The notes: a model not told the origin generated them from the sequence alone. Shown: positions 23,270 through 35,620, counted from the first letter of the stretch. The stretch is 64,000 nt of DNA from Epithemia pelagica (GCA_946965045.2 OX337228.1:2914001-2978000); one strand, 5' to 3'. A program made the numbers and translations.

Positions 23270-25481
23270 TTATGTCATTGATACTGTGCTCATGTACACA
23301 TGGTTCCGATTGTCGCCACCAGAACTATTATCAATGGGACTGGTTTTCGGTCGTCGAAACAAAGAGCACGGCCATAAACAATGTCTCCAGAACATGCGTC
23401 GTTTCTGTATCCGTTCCAGGTACTCGCCTTCATCTTCAATTTGAAAGACTGCTGATCTGATCATAAGGCAAACCATCGAAAATGTAACAATTGACAACAT
23501 GGCGATTGCCACCGATGCGAGTCCCACTTGTGCCTTTTGGTGCGAAGTGATCGCATAGAATACAGGTATTAATGAATAGCACAGAATTTTAGTGATCGCA
23601 TAGAATACAAATATGAATGAACGATATTGATATCCTCTTGACTTACATCGTAGCAGATTGCTTCATGCATGAAAATGACATAAGCTGGATTCCAATGCCG
23701 GCACCAGAAGAAGCGATTGAGATCTTCCAGTGTGAGACTCAATAAACAGAGCGTTCGTTCAACCGCGAGAGAAGCTGTGACAATAAGCGATTTATCATTT
23801 CCACATAGCTCGTTCCATCGAAAGTCGTCCACACTGCTGAGCGCATCTAGAAAAGCACTTATCTTTTCCAACACCGAAATGGTGGTGCTGCTCTGTTCCC
23901 CGAATCGTATTGGTGCGTCGGAGGGATCACACCCATTCACATAAAATTTTGCGAAAGAGTAGATTACAGAGCCAAGCTGGGTTTTCTCTTTTCAAGGATA
24001 TATGACACCTTGGGGTCAGGCGAATTGATACACCAGTCGGATGCGCCGACTGCTGCTAGAACAAAAGCTACTCCAAAGGCCAATGCCAACACAGTGAACA
24101 AGATCCACAAGGGAAACAAAATCTTTGCTCGCAGAAAGCTAAGAACCGGACCAACTCGGCGAATATGTGCCATGAGAAGAAGCCATATATTGAAGAGGCA
24201 CAGTGCGGAGACTGCAACTGTGAAACCAAAGGATACCCAAAATGCCCACTCTAACTGATTTTCACCGCTCAGGAAGCTTTCAAGGTCATCACTGATCGCC
24301 TGTAAATCTTGTCGCACCTTCCGGATCTCCTGAAACAGGTATGCAGTTCCCTCGAAAATTTCAGAAAAGACTTGTTCAACCGAGTCGCGGAGGTCATCGA
24401 TCGGCAACTGATCAAAGTCACATATATCAAACAGTTCAGATGTGTCACAGAGCGCTGTTGATGCCTTGGGACAAATTCCATTGAATGTTCTTATCTCGGC
24501 CCTTGTGGTGTTTGAGACCGCTTCTTCCCGAATAAGTAAGTTGTCAATAACTACAATTGCCCCTTGACAAAGATCTTGAATATGCTCCAAGCCGTCACGA
24601 ACTGTATGAAAGGTTCGGTCCATGTACTTTGTACCATACGCGCAAAATAGTAAACAGGAATAGATGGTACACACTGTCGCAATGAAGAAGGCCACTCTCG
24701 TTCGAAACATACGTCTCTTCTGTTGGGAATACTGATTTGGGCCATCGTCTTCAAACACAAACTCATTCTTCTGCATATCAATGGTATTTACATCATGTTG
24801 CGGTTCTCCCTGGATGCCCTCTCGTCTTTGTTCTTCACTTGTGTCACGAAAAACGGAGTCCCGCTTTATTGTTTCTTGATCTCGGTAACTTTGTTCCATA
24901 CTCATTCCATCCATTTTCTTTTCTTCCCCATCAAAGCTGCTGGCTTCATCATAAAGTTTTTCGTTTCTGGTAATATCCTCCTCACTTGTCGCAAAGTCGT
25001 TGTCATACAACTGAGGGTTCGGCAAAGAAATGTCTTTGCTCGTTTCTCGCCGCCGTACAAACCTTCCTGATAAAAATCCTACTCTTTTGTATCCAGCACA
25101 CTTGAGACAAAGAATAACGAGTGCAGCGACGACAAAAACGACAGTTGCAACAACGCTGGTCGCAACCATTCCTTGTAGGTAGTCGCTGTCCTCCCCTTGG
25201 AGGAGCGTCATGATATCACTGGATGCCCCCAGTCGAATGGCCACTCTGTTTGTTGTTTTGAGGAGAGCCGACTCGTTGAACAGTGGTGGACGAAACAAGT
25301 CTCGGCTTATGGAAACGCGGCAAAACGGCAGGTCCACGACACTTTCAACGTTTTGCAGTGGGTCGTTGGCATCAACGGTCGGCACATCAAAGGGATCACT
25401 AAAAGCATCGACAACATAGGCCTTCCTCTGCGTAAGGTTCCTCTGGCTTTCGAACATTGTAGATAGCGTTGTCATCGTCAA
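23270..25481 (-). CDS. Multi-pass Tweety/prominin-like membrane protein; -1 frameshift near 23990; intron 23534-23646
   Basis: Several TM helices and Cys-containing loops (SDWCINSPDPKV). After a one-base shift the frame reads QLGSVIYSFAKFYVNGCDP...LCG...FCRHWNPAYVIFMHEAICYD, which splices to AQVGLASVAIAMLSIVTFSMVCLMIRSA. Confidence 0.6.
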
Positions 25482-25838
25482 CAGGGCTTTGGTGAGGGAT
25501 CTTGTTGTACGTTCCTAGCTCCTTGCACCGTTGCGTCACCCCTCCAAACTGGCAATGCTAAATTTCGTCAGGAGTCTTAAAAAAATGAGGAAACGCGAAT
25601 CAAATTGTATGAACGCATGGGGCTTGGGGGTTCCGTTGGGCATATGTTGAATATATCTAGAATATAGCCTCTGCGCGCACGTATGTCTTATACGAGTGCT
25701 CGTATCTTGTCATGTATTATGGTAGTTATTCGTGCCCATACGTTGGATGGAGGGAGTCGCAGGAAAGGTCTTCTTTGAGTCACATACCAGCTGGCCGACG
25801 AATATGGACCGTCGATCTTTTGATTCTGGATCTTCGGC

Positions 25839-27247
25839 ATGATGCGAATGATCTCTTATCAGTATCATGCATCCATGCTTGTATGGGTTTGGTTGTTGTT
25901 ATTGGGGAATAGTCTGACGGTGTACCACAAAGCCTTGGGCTTTGAAGCAGCGTTCATGCTGCCTCACCTCTCCACACGTTCCCGGAGTAGTACTACGCGT
26001 GTTGTCCTTTCCTCGGGTGCCGTCGCTCCATTATCGTCCAATTCGACGGTGGATCGTAACTCTCGAAACGACCATGCTCTTGAACAAGACAATACTCGGC
26101 TGCATCATCAACGTCAGACATGTGCCTTGCTCAAAATCAGTTATGATGGTGCTCGTTTCAGTGGGTGGAGCGCGTCTGGAGATACTTCCCCCCCAAATCA
26201 ATCCATGACCATGACAAGGCCCAAGGATGCGCCGCGAAGCGGAAATCGTCGACGAAACTACCGAATCCATGCTTTAAACTCTGGACAGCCACGATCGGTG
26301 GAGGGAGTGGTGCGAGCCAATCTTGCCAAGGTATACGGGAACATGGATCCGGATCATATTGTAGTGGAGGGATGCAGTCGTCTGGATAAAGGTGTTCATG
26401 CAACCGCCTTGGTCGCTCTCATCTACGGCCTTTCTACAAAAGATCGAGGCTCTTTTAGTCAGGGACGCTCAATAGAAGGCAAAAAGCTACCTCATCCGCG
26501 AAATAGTACCGACGAAACATGCTTCATGCCTCTTCCCATGTCCATTGACAAGCTGGGATATACCATGAAGTGAGTGCCCCGTACAGAGCAAACAAAGTAT
26601 GACATGACCGTCCTCTAACCTGCTTGGTCTTTGCCAACGCTCATAGTCGCATGCTTCCGCCTGACATTCGAGTCATGGAAGCGGCCGAGCCACCGACACT
26701 GTCAGGACCAATTCCATTTCATCCCTCTCTTTCATGTCGTTCCAAAACGTACCAATACAAGCTGGCCTGGGGAACACTGGCCGATCCAACACCCCAAATG
26801 CGATTCCAGTGGTATGTGGGAAAGACCTTGGACATGAATCGGATGCGTCAAGTGGCGGAGACCGCACTGACTGGGAAACATGACTTTTCTGCGTTTCGAG
26901 GAGCTCCTCGAGGCACGTCGGACAAGCTAAAATTTGCCAAACAAGACACTGTTTGCCATGTCATGGACGTTACTACCGAACATGTGCCATCTTCGTCGCA
27001 GAGTTGGTCGAGAACGCAGGATATGGTGATTTCCATTCGAGCCGATCGGTTTCTTTACAAAATGGTTCGGTTCCTGGTGGGTGCCATTGTCGCAGTTGGT
27101 GCAAACACCTTGGACCTGGATGATGTGGAACGTATGATAGAGACAGGGGTGCGTCACAAGGAATTCGAATGCGCACCACCGGGAGGGCTAGTACTTTATC
27201 ATGTCGAATTTGATTCACCCATTCAGTGGAAAGCAATGAATTCATGA
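25839..27247 (+). CDS. truA: tRNA pseudouridine(38-40) synthase TruA-like, with an N-terminal targeting peptide (2 exons; start may be 25875)
   Basis: [15 protein letters not shown]; [11 protein letters not shown] (catalytic Asp); N|RMLPPDIRV; GKHDFSAF; [14 protein letters not shown]; [13 protein letters not shown]. Confidence 0.9.
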
Positions 27248-27818
27248 GGTGAGTGCATCAGTCTACGTTTTTTTGTAATGTTTTTTTGCACTCTATTTGC
27301 CTTCGCTTGGCTTTTTCCCATCCTCTAGCCATGACGATCTTCCCAACGGGTGCGAGAGTATTTCCGGATGACACATTCGCTAGCAGATTTTGATTGTCCG
27401 TCGTTCATTTGTTTGTGGGTCTCCGACAACCAATTGTATTCTCATTCGTATTGTGGTTTCTTCCAGGTACGTCGAAACAACATGTTGCATTCGCAGACAC
27501 TTGAGTAATATCCATGGGTGGATTGGGAACAAAGGATGGTACAAGGTCACCCTCTCTCGGGTACTGCAACATTAAACAACCAATAAAAGGCGGAGTTTAT
27601 TAGCGTCGAATACACAGTAGAACCACGTGGGGCAGCTGCAGTTTTTGTGGCGTCGGCTTTGACTTCGTCAAAGTTTGGTTTTGCTGGCATTTTCCGTGTT
27701 TCGACTGTCAGTACTCCAACGACACGCAATTCGACCTCATTTTATTATTCCTTCATATATATATTCTGTGTTGGACCCACAGGGAATGGCTTTTAGGGTA
27801 CAATGAACAAGAGACTCA

Positions 27819-29309
27819 TTATTGTCGTCTTGAAGGTCGCAAGTCAATGACAGAGGTGGAATAACGGGGTTCCAAGATGAATCGTCGAAGGTCATTCATA
27901 AGTCTGCTCCAATTACTAGCAGTGGTCAAGACAAAGTCGTTAGCTTCCATGGCGATCAAGAGCGAGGCCAAGGAGGCCAACCCAGGCGTTCCCTCTTGAG
28001 CTTGGGCCATTTGGGGATTCCCATTGTACCCCTCTTGTCGATATTTCGAAAACTCTGTCACAAAGGGATCCACATACAATCTCCAATGCGATGGTATCGT
28101 TTCACGCATGGCTTGTACTGCGGTTGGATCTTCAGTGGCCAAGAAAATGTGCACCGTATCATTGTCATCCTCGTGACTGTGCGCTGACCATGTCTCGTTT
28201 GCAGCCTGGCGTATTTTGTCATGGCGTTGTTGTACAATGCGATGACAAGCATTGACATATGACGCAATGTCGACTAATTTCATTTCTTTGTACTTGTCTC
28301 CCCACCGAATGTGGACGGTGATCAAGTTGGGTGGAACGATACCACGAGGTGGAAAGACAAGGGGGAGCCTCTCTACGGCAAAGTCCACGACTCGTGAGGA
28401 AATGCTGGAAAACAAAAACTCCATGGCGGATCCAGCAAATTCATGTTCGGTCATGTTGGCCTCTTGTAGCAGAGTCTGGCATTCATTGCGAATACGTCCA
28501 TTCCCACGATAAAGTTTGCGTTCATAGCGTTCCGCAGTGCTAGAGGTGTTGTTGTTGGTGCTGTTGTTGCGACGAAGCTGGTCCAGTGTCGTCATTACCG
28601 TGTTCATTTCAGCATTCTCATTACTGGTCGGACACAATTCTTCGGATTGAAAAAAGTAGCACGTCATGGAGGACCAATGGTTGTCGCTCGGACAGTTGTG
28701 TTGGTCCCAAAAGACCCATGGTCTTGCTGTAATAACACGTTGGCCTTGCTGCATACCGTTGCACATGGCCATTGTCCATAAGTACAAATCACTTCCCATG
28801 CCATATCGATTCCGATAGCGAAATTCTGCTTCGGGGTTAGTGCAAGTACGTTGATGAGCTGCGATTCGCTGGGCCGTGGTAGAATATAGATTCAATTGCG
28901 TCCAATTTAGTCGCAAACCACCAGTAGGAGAAACAGGCCCAGACGCCTTGTTCCCCGTGAAAATCGTGGTTCCCGGTGGAGGGGGTGCTCGTTTAGTCAT
29001 GGTGGACTTTACCAACACGGAAGGGGCAACATTGTTCGTACACAACTCGTCCAGAAAACATTGTCGAACGGATTGAGAAATATCCCAGGGCGAACGGGTC
29101 TCACCACCCGTCAATGACCTCCACAAATGCAGCACCAGAACGACGGCAAGCACCATGGCAACCACTGCAACCTTTGTGCAAGTTTTCGGCACCGCATTGC
29201 GGTCGAATGGACGTGTTCTCATTACATGTGTCTGATATATTGGATGAGTCCAAGAATCCGACAGGTTCTCGAGCTGTTCATATCCTCGAGGTGACCGCTT
29301 TTTCATCAT
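27819..29309 (-). CDS. Type II membrane GT23/NodZ-like fucosyltransferase-type glycosyltransferase
   Basis: N-terminal TM helix; YGMGSDL; ITVHIRWGDK; IFLATEDP; SLLIAMEANDFVLTTASNWSRLMNDLR. Confidence 0.75.
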   Translation of the reverse strand: MMKKRSPRGYEQLENLSDSWTHPIYQTHVMRTRPFDRNAVPKTCTKVAVVAMVLAVVLVLHLWRSLTGGETRSPWDISQSVRQCFLDELCTNNVAPSVLVKSTMTKRAPPPPGTTIFTGNKASGPVSPTGGLRLNWTQLNLYSTTAQRIAAHQRTCTNPEAEFRYRNRYGMGSDLYLWTMAMCNGMQQGQRVITARPWVFWDQHNCPSDNHWSSMTCYFFQSEELCPTSNENAEMNTVMTTLDQLRRNNSTNNNTSSTAERYERKLYRGNGRIRNECQTLLQEANMTEHEFAGSAMEFLFSSISSRVVDFAVERLPLVFPPRGIVPPNLITVHIRWGDKYKEMKLVDIASYVNACHRIVQQRHDKIRQAANETWSAHSHEDDNDTVHIFLATEDPTAVQAMRETIPSHWRLYVDPFVTEFSKYRQEGYNGNPQMAQAQEGTPGLASLASLLIAMEANDFVLTTASNWSRLMNDLRRFILEPRYSTSVIDLRPSRRQ

Positions 29310-30224
29310 GGTGTCATGGTATTGTCTTCCTATGCGTGGCCCGAAATCCAGTGCGAGTGGCTTTCGTCCGGCGGGAAAGCCTGCACGCTACATTCTTGCA
29401 AATTGGCATGCGTCGGCGCGTGTTGTGCAGTGTTGTGTGACGCCCAACACAAGCAGTCTTGATGTTTGTCGCACAGGGAGCAGAGCAATGATCGGTGTGC
29501 CGATCTGGAGAGTGCAAAAAGAAAACAAGAAGCATGATCGGTGCACCGAATTGTCTTTAAGTCGTCTCTGGGCCGCGCGGTCGTTGAATGATGGCCGGCA
29601 GGAGCAAGCATGCCCAGCCAACACTATCACTTAGCGCACAACTCACACGCCACCAACAGAGTGCCTCAGAAGGTACTCAAGGGTGTTGATCCACCCAACG
29701 GCAACGGCAACATCAGCCACAAAAAACGCTGTCATTACTCAGTGCTTGCTCTGCTAGCAGTTCTGAATAACACACTGTAGTCGGTGAAAGGACTTGCGTC
29801 AACAACGGCCCATGGCAATCGTCGGAACAACCCAAAGGTTCATTGACTCAAATAAGACAGCCACTACGTGCTAGAGTGCTCGCATTCTAATAAGCAGTTA
29901 ACTAGTAGCCGACACACGTGAACAAAGCACGGTCATCGTTAGAAAAGCGAATCTCCCGAACGCGAAAGACACCCATCGCGCAACAACACGGGAAGGCAAC
30001 ACCGATTCGAATGCGCAACAATCGACAAGCCCAGGGCCTTGATTAACACACCGGTTTGGCAACTGCACCAGCACACGTAACTAAATTAACAACAACAACA
30101 ACAAAAAGCACCCGTTCAGCGTCGTGATCGCCGCTGAAACAACAATCGGAAGATAGTACCAAATCGCAACCCCTTCAAACGCGAAACTTTCTCGGCAACA
30201 ACAAACAAACAAACAAACAACAGA

Positions 30225-31460
30225 GTGTGCGCAGATCTTTTGAGCCTCGCAAAGTGGGTCCACAAAAAGCACTATCACACCATGCAAACAGAAACAACTG
30301 CATTTGTGGAAGCCGGCAACAGAGGCAGCAGCAGCAGCAGCAGGGTTGAAAAATCCATCTCCGGGAGCTCTCCCCCTTCACATCTTGTTAATGGAATCAC
30401 AATAATGTCGACACAACACTCCGGAACAAACAATGCGTCGGAACCCAGCAGCGTTTCTCATAACGGCTTTTCTTCGAAGGCAAAACAAGCTTTGCTCTTC
30501 TATGTGTTCGTGGTGCTTTCCTTTGCTGGCATCTTTTCCCAGTCCATGCGTTTTATGCCCGAACCATGGACAAGCGTTGATGAAGTCCAGCGTCGTGATG
30601 GTGAAGAGAAAAAAGACAACAACTATGTTGGAGTCATTGAAGAATTGTATCAAGTCGTAACCGCGGAACGCCTGAGCAAGATTGCACGGGATCACAGAGA
30701 AGCTTACGCGCAAGCGGACCCGTTCCCGCACATTGTGATTGACGGGATCTTCCCGAGGCGTATCCTGGAGGCTATTTCCAACGAAATTCCGGAAGAGAAG
30801 GCCCAGCAGAACGGATGCTACAACCCGAAAAAGTGTTTCTTGACTCCCAAGCAAAACAAGAAGTCCGCCGTTGACGACGAAAACAATATGGGTTTGTACA
30901 CGCGCGTCTTCTTTGGGTTTCTAAAATCCAGCACGTGGGTGAAATTTCTCGAAGAACTATCCGGAATCCCTAACATCATCCCGGATCCTCACTACCGAGG
31001 TTCCGGCTTGCACGTCACCGCATCGGGAGGCAACCTGGACATTCACGCCGATTTTAATCGATACAACGCGTACCAGTTAGATCGTCGAGTCAACACGTTC
31101 GTGTACATGAACGACGATTGGCCCGATAGCTACGGAGGGCATCTCGAGCTCTGGGGTCGCGACATGAAGTCTTGCTATCAAAAAATTTTGCCCGTCATGG
31201 GTCGCTTCGTGGTCTTTTCCTCCACGGATTTTTCTTATCACGGTCATCCGCAGCCCCAAACGTCTCCAAAAGACAGGCTTCGGCGATCGATAGCGCTCTA
31301 CTATTTCACAAACGGACGTCCGACGGAAGAATGTTTGGATGGAGATTGCGCAGGAAACAATCATAGCACATTGTTCAAGAAACCTGAAAACTGCACGGTG
31401 TGCGAAGAAGCAATGTGCAAACGTTATGACGAAACCGCACCATATTGGGTTGACGCTTGA
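30225..31460 (+). CDS. Membrane-anchored 2OG-Fe(II) oxygenase (prolyl-hydroxylase-like)
   Basis: TM helix; PFPHIVIDGIFP; DPHYRGSGLH...HADFN (HxD); GGHLELW; SYHGHP...RRSIALYYF. Confidence 0.85.
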   Translation: MCADLLSLAKWVHKKHYHTMQTETTAFVEAGNRGSSSSSRVEKSISGSSPPSHLVNGITIMSTQHSGTNNASEPSSVSHNGFSSKAKQALLFYVFVVLSFAGIFSQSMRFMPEPWTSVDEVQRRDGEEKKDNNYVGVIEELYQVVTAERLSKIARDHREAYAQADPFPHIVIDGIFPRRILEAISNEIPEEKAQQNGCYNPKKCFLTPKQNKKSAVDDENNMGLYTRVFFGFLKSSTWVKFLEELSGIPNIIPDPHYRGSGLHVTASGGNLDIHADFNRYNAYQLDRRVNTFVYMNDDWPDSYGGHLELWGRDMKSCYQKILPVMGRFVVFSSTDFSYHGHPQPQTSPKDRLRRSIALYYFTNGRPTEECLDGDCAGNNHSTLFKKPENCTVCEEAMCKRYDETAPYWVDA

Positions 31461-31556
31461 ATAAGAGACACAAGCATGCTCCTTCCTTCCGCGGCTAACA
31501 ACACCGGTGGTCTGTGCGATTGTGTCATGTAGGATGAGAGCATGTTGCATAGTAGA

Positions 31557-31726
31557 GAATCGCGACAGCTCTATTATACTTTCTTTTTGAATCGCGACGG
31601 TTTTCTGTTTGAATTGCGACGGCTCTATTTTTGTATTGCGACGGGGATTATACTTTCTTTTTGTCGAGCGCAAGGAATCGATACTTAATTGCGACGGCAA
31701 GTTTCTTTTTGATTGCGACGACGGCT
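31557..31726 (+). repeat. Degenerate array of six AT(T/C)GCGAC(G/A)G motifs
   Basis: Copies near 31557, 31589, 31611, 31633, 31686 and 31711, separated by T-rich spacers. Confidence 0.6.
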
Positions 31727-32222
31727 TTCTTTTGATGAATGGCGGGTTGCACCTCATAGCAAACTACCGTTTCTTCGACGAGCTTTGCGCTCTGCATCGC
31801 GTTCTGCTCACGGGCTTCTTGTTCCTTGAGGTATTGCCGTACGCCCGTGGGTGCGCCGTTGGGGAAGCAGCTCACTAACAAGCGACTTTGAACAAGAAAC
31901 ATCATGCAGAGAATTGATTCGGTTTTGGAGATCTAGTCTTGGACTGGCTGCTTGGAGGCCTTTGGATCGCAAGCAGAAGAGTCCCACTTGGCTGGACAGT
32001 TTGTAAGAATAGAATAATGTGTATAATTTAGATTTGGCTTTGATTGCAAAAGGTTTCATCTATCTTATCAATCCTATAGAAAACGATTCAGTTTATCAGA
32101 CCCAAGCATCTACCTAGTCAATGCTATGAAGAGAGATTGTCGATTGATTGCGTTCATCGCTTGGAAGAACGCAATTGCATCAAAAGACAAGACGAGAGTG
32201 AGTCGGCGCACATGACTGACTG

Positions 32223-32846
32223 ATGGATTCCCTAGACGATAACCTTCCGTTTTTGGACTTGCCCATCCCCGATGCAAATGATGAAGAGACTTGGAAATGG
32301 AATAAAGATGACGACAGCTTCGGTCATCCTCTTCATTCTGACTTGGATCACAATGATCCACATGACGACGACGAAATACACGAGGGAGCCTCGCACCTAT
32401 ATCTAACGGACGAGGATTCAGTGGCTGTGGTATCGCCTGGATCGTCCAAGAGAAGAAGAAGAATCTCCAATGACAAGATTCACGATGACCAATTCGTCGA
32501 TTCAATCGTAGTATCACCTCTTGCGTCTCAGACTTTGAACGAGAGTGAGAGACATGAAGATACGCTCAGAAATCTCGACCATGGCAAGATCCATGACTTC
32601 AACGAAGGAGTCAGCAATTCTTTGATCGGTGAATCCCCTGAATCCATACATCTTCAGTACCAACGACTCATGAAGCGCCTTGCAGACTCCATGCAACGGA
32701 CAGAAGAAACTCGCCAATTCATCAAACGACGAAGATGTGACATTGGAGGAAGTTTCTTTTTGAGTTCCGACAGCGAAGAATCGCGAAAATATCTGTTCGA
32801 AGTCTTTCGCCGAGACTCGGGATCAGGTTGTTCATTCTCACCATAG
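32223..32846 (+). CDS. Hypothetical acidic protein with a short conserved-looking helix (LADSMQRTEETR)
   Basis: 207-aa single ORF with a D-rich N-terminus and a basic patch (SKRRRR). The LxxSMxRxExxR motif resembles small diatom proteins; recalled, not searched. Confidence 0.55.
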   Translation: MDSLDDNLPFLDLPIPDANDEETWKWNKDDDSFGHPLHSDLDHNDPHDDDEIHEGASHLYLTDEDSVAVVSPGSSKRRRRISNDKIHDDQFVDSIVVSPLASQTLNESERHEDTLRNLDHGKIHDFNEGVSNSLIGESPESIHLQYQRLMKRLADSMQRTEETRQFIKRRRCDIGGSFFLSSDSEESRKYLFEVFRRDSGSGCSFSP

Positions 32847-33474
32847 GTTCTCCGCTGATATGCATGCGGCTTCAGCTTAAACAATCCGTTCCTACTTGCA
32901 GACAGACGACGTCTCCAAAATCGACCAACCATTGTAAAAACACGATGGGACTTGCATATTACTCCTAACCAAACACCAACGGCCCTCACCAACCGTCTGC
33001 TGTAACATGTACATGTAGCTCGTTGCGGTCGATGGGTTTGAATACGAAACTATTCAAAGGCTATCATTTTACTTCCAAATCGCATCTTCCAATATACCAT
33101 TAGGATTACCTATAGGTGTAGGACTTGGTTATGACGAATGACGATGGCAGATGACAGTAGGTACGACAACTGACACCGAAGACGGACTCTGACGATCTAT
33201 GTGACTTGTGACTGGCCGTGTCAGTTTAACCATCCTCAGTTCCGCGACTCAGGAATCCGGAAGCTGGTTGAGTCCTGCTTCCGCATACAATATAGAGGTG
33301 TAGCGCGAGATCGCACAACAGCGGCACATTCTCACGTAGAAAACTGGTACAGGTTTACATGGAATTGACGCCGCGAACCCGACGAGAACCATTTGTAATC
33401 ACGCATCCATTCGCTCTGAGCCATGATGGGGGCAGAGATCTCATAACTCAACGCAACCCCGAAGATCTCGTACC

Positions 33475-34331
33475 ATGAAGACTCTTACCTCCGTATCGCT
33501 TTGTGTCCTTTTCTTGCTGAGCTCCCTTCCTTCATACGTTCAATCTGTCTGCTACTGCCCTTGGAATTGTGAACGAGCCAAGGGAGGGGATTGCAAATGG
33601 CGAGTCGCCATGTGCATCGACCAGGAAGCGGCTTCTGAATGTCAAAAGGCAAACTGGGAAATTGAAGACATGTTAGAATCCATGAGCAGTCTCGTTGGTA
33701 TATTCCTCGAGTAAGTGCACTCCTTCGATATGAGAGAAAAAGTTTCATTAGCGACGCGCATGTCCACTGACTTTGCGCATTCCTATCTATTGTCGCGTTC
33801 CAGTGATACATTACGAAACAGCAACATGACCATCCTACAAGTAGGCTACCTCCGATCCCTGTTGAGTTTGGCCATTGAAGACGAGAAACCAGAAGGAGAC
33901 TGCTCCAATGGACTGGCAACAATCACGCGAATGAAGAACCATCCCAATAGTTGCTTCTCGCCAGAGTTGCTTGAACAATGTGCCAAGGTTCGAGACGCTG
34001 TTGACAGCTATCAGACCCAGATTTCTGTCAACTCGAGTCCTTCTTGCGGGACTCTGTGAATCTGTACGATTCGGAACAATCTTTCTTTGGACGGTCGCTC
34101 GAATTGGAAATCGTAGACTCGGATGGACTGGTTGTTCACCCATCCGTGCAAGACTTTTTGGAAATTGTTCGATTCCGAACTCGTGTGAAAACGGCTCGCA
34201 TTCGATGTGCATCGTATGATGCAACAACCGAGGAACTCGAAAGGGCAGCAGGCTTTTCCGCAAGCTCCATTGCTCTGGGGCTTTCCACAATGAGCACAAT
34301 TGTGTCGTTTCTACTCGTGCATTTGGTTTAG
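33475..34331 (+). CDS. Secreted Cys-containing protein with a GPI-type C-terminus, tandem copy 1 (intron 33711-33803; -1 frameshift at about 34030)
   Basis: Signal peptide, VCYCPWNCE... and a hydrophobic tail FSASSIALGLSTMSTIVSFLLVHLV. This copy has gtcaactc where copies 2 and 3 have gtcaaactc. Confidence 0.7.
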
Positions 34332-34764
34332 TGATCACAACCAACTGCAATCAGCACCTGTTTTCTTTCGCTCGGGACCTCATGCCTAGACCTTGAGTCA
34401 TTATAAACATCGTCCATTTCATGAAGATTGAAGACAAGGCCGTTAGAAATGGTATTCACTCCGGTACGATGCGACCAAGCTGCTGTTCTGAAAGCAACAA
34501 AGAAGCTGAGCATTCAAGTAGCTTTGTGAAGTAAGCCGTAGTTATCAGCGTCATCTATAATGTATTGTCGTCTTCGACATTATGATGGAATTGCAGTTCC
34601 GCGACTCAGAAATCCGGAAGCAGCTTATGCGCCCAACTGCGCGACGTAGAAAGTGGCATGGGTTCACCTGGAATTGACGCCACGTAAAGCGAACCCAACG
34701 AGAACCTTATGTAATCACACATCCATTGATGCATAAATCAACGCAACCCCGAAGATCTCTTACC

Positions 34765-35620
34765 ATGAAGAATCTTACTACCGTATCGCTTTGTGTCCTT
34801 TCCTTATTGAGCTCCTTTCCTGTATATGTGCAATCTGTCTGCTACTGCCCTGGGAGTTGTGAAGGAGCCAAGGGAGGGGACTGCAAATGGCGAGTCGCCA
34901 TGTGCATCGACCAGGAAGCGGCTTCCGAATGTCAAAAGGCAAACTGGGAAATTGAAGACATGTTAGAATCCATGAGCAGTCTCGTTGGTATATTCCTCGA
35001 GTAAGTGCACACCTTCGATATCAGAAAAAGTTTCATTAGCGACACGCATGTCTACTGACTTTGCACATTCCTGTCCATTTTCGCGTTCCAGTGATGCATT
35101 ACGAAACAACAACATGACCATCCTACAAGTAGGCTACCTCCGATCACTGTTGAGTTTGGCCATAGAAGACCAAAAACCAGAAGGAGACTGCTCGAATGGA
35201 CTGGCAACAACCACGCGAATGAAGAACAATCCCAATAGTTGCTTCTCTCCAGAATTGCTTGAACAATGCGCCAAGGTACGAGACGCCGTTGACAGCTATC
35301 AGACCCAGATTCCTGTCAAACTCGAGTCCTTCTTGAGGGACTCTGTGAATTTGTACCATTCGGAACAATCGTTCTTTGGAAGATCGCTCGAATTGGAAAT
35401 CGTAGACTCGGATGGACTGGTTGTTCACCCATCCGTGCAAGACTTTCTGGAAATTGTTCGATTCCGAACTCGTGTGAAGACGGCTCGCATTCGATGTGCA
35501 TCGTATGATGCAACAACCGAGGAACTCGAAAAGGCAGCAGGCTTTTCCGCACGCTCTCTTGCTCTGGGGCTTTCCACAATCAGTACAATTGTGTCGTTTC
35601 TACTCGTGCATTTGGTGTAG
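34765..35620 (+). CDS. Secreted Cys-containing GPI-type protein, tandem copy 2 (intron 35001-35091)
   Basis: Same exon structure as copy 1 (ctcga|gtaagt...ttccag|tgat); frame is intact. Confidence 0.75.

Noticed and set aside
27400-27690. Possible small minus-strand gene MPAKPNFDEVKADATK..., extendable by assuming a 2-bp slip in an AG repeat
   Set aside because: It needs an assumed sequence error, and no recognisable domain results.
31557-31726. Repeat-spacer pattern as a CRISPR array
   Set aside because: The repeats are only about 10 bp and degenerate, the spacers are short and low-complexity, the context is eukaryotic, and there are no cas genes.
31077-31757. 226-aa minus-strand ORF overlapping the oxygenase 3' end
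   Set aside because: It is largely antisense to a well-supported gene and runs through the decamer array; no domain is recognisable.
33235-33420. GC-rich conserved upstream block as a tRNA or other ncRNA
   Set aside because: I could not fold a cloverleaf or find A/B boxes; the block is better explained as promoter sequence.
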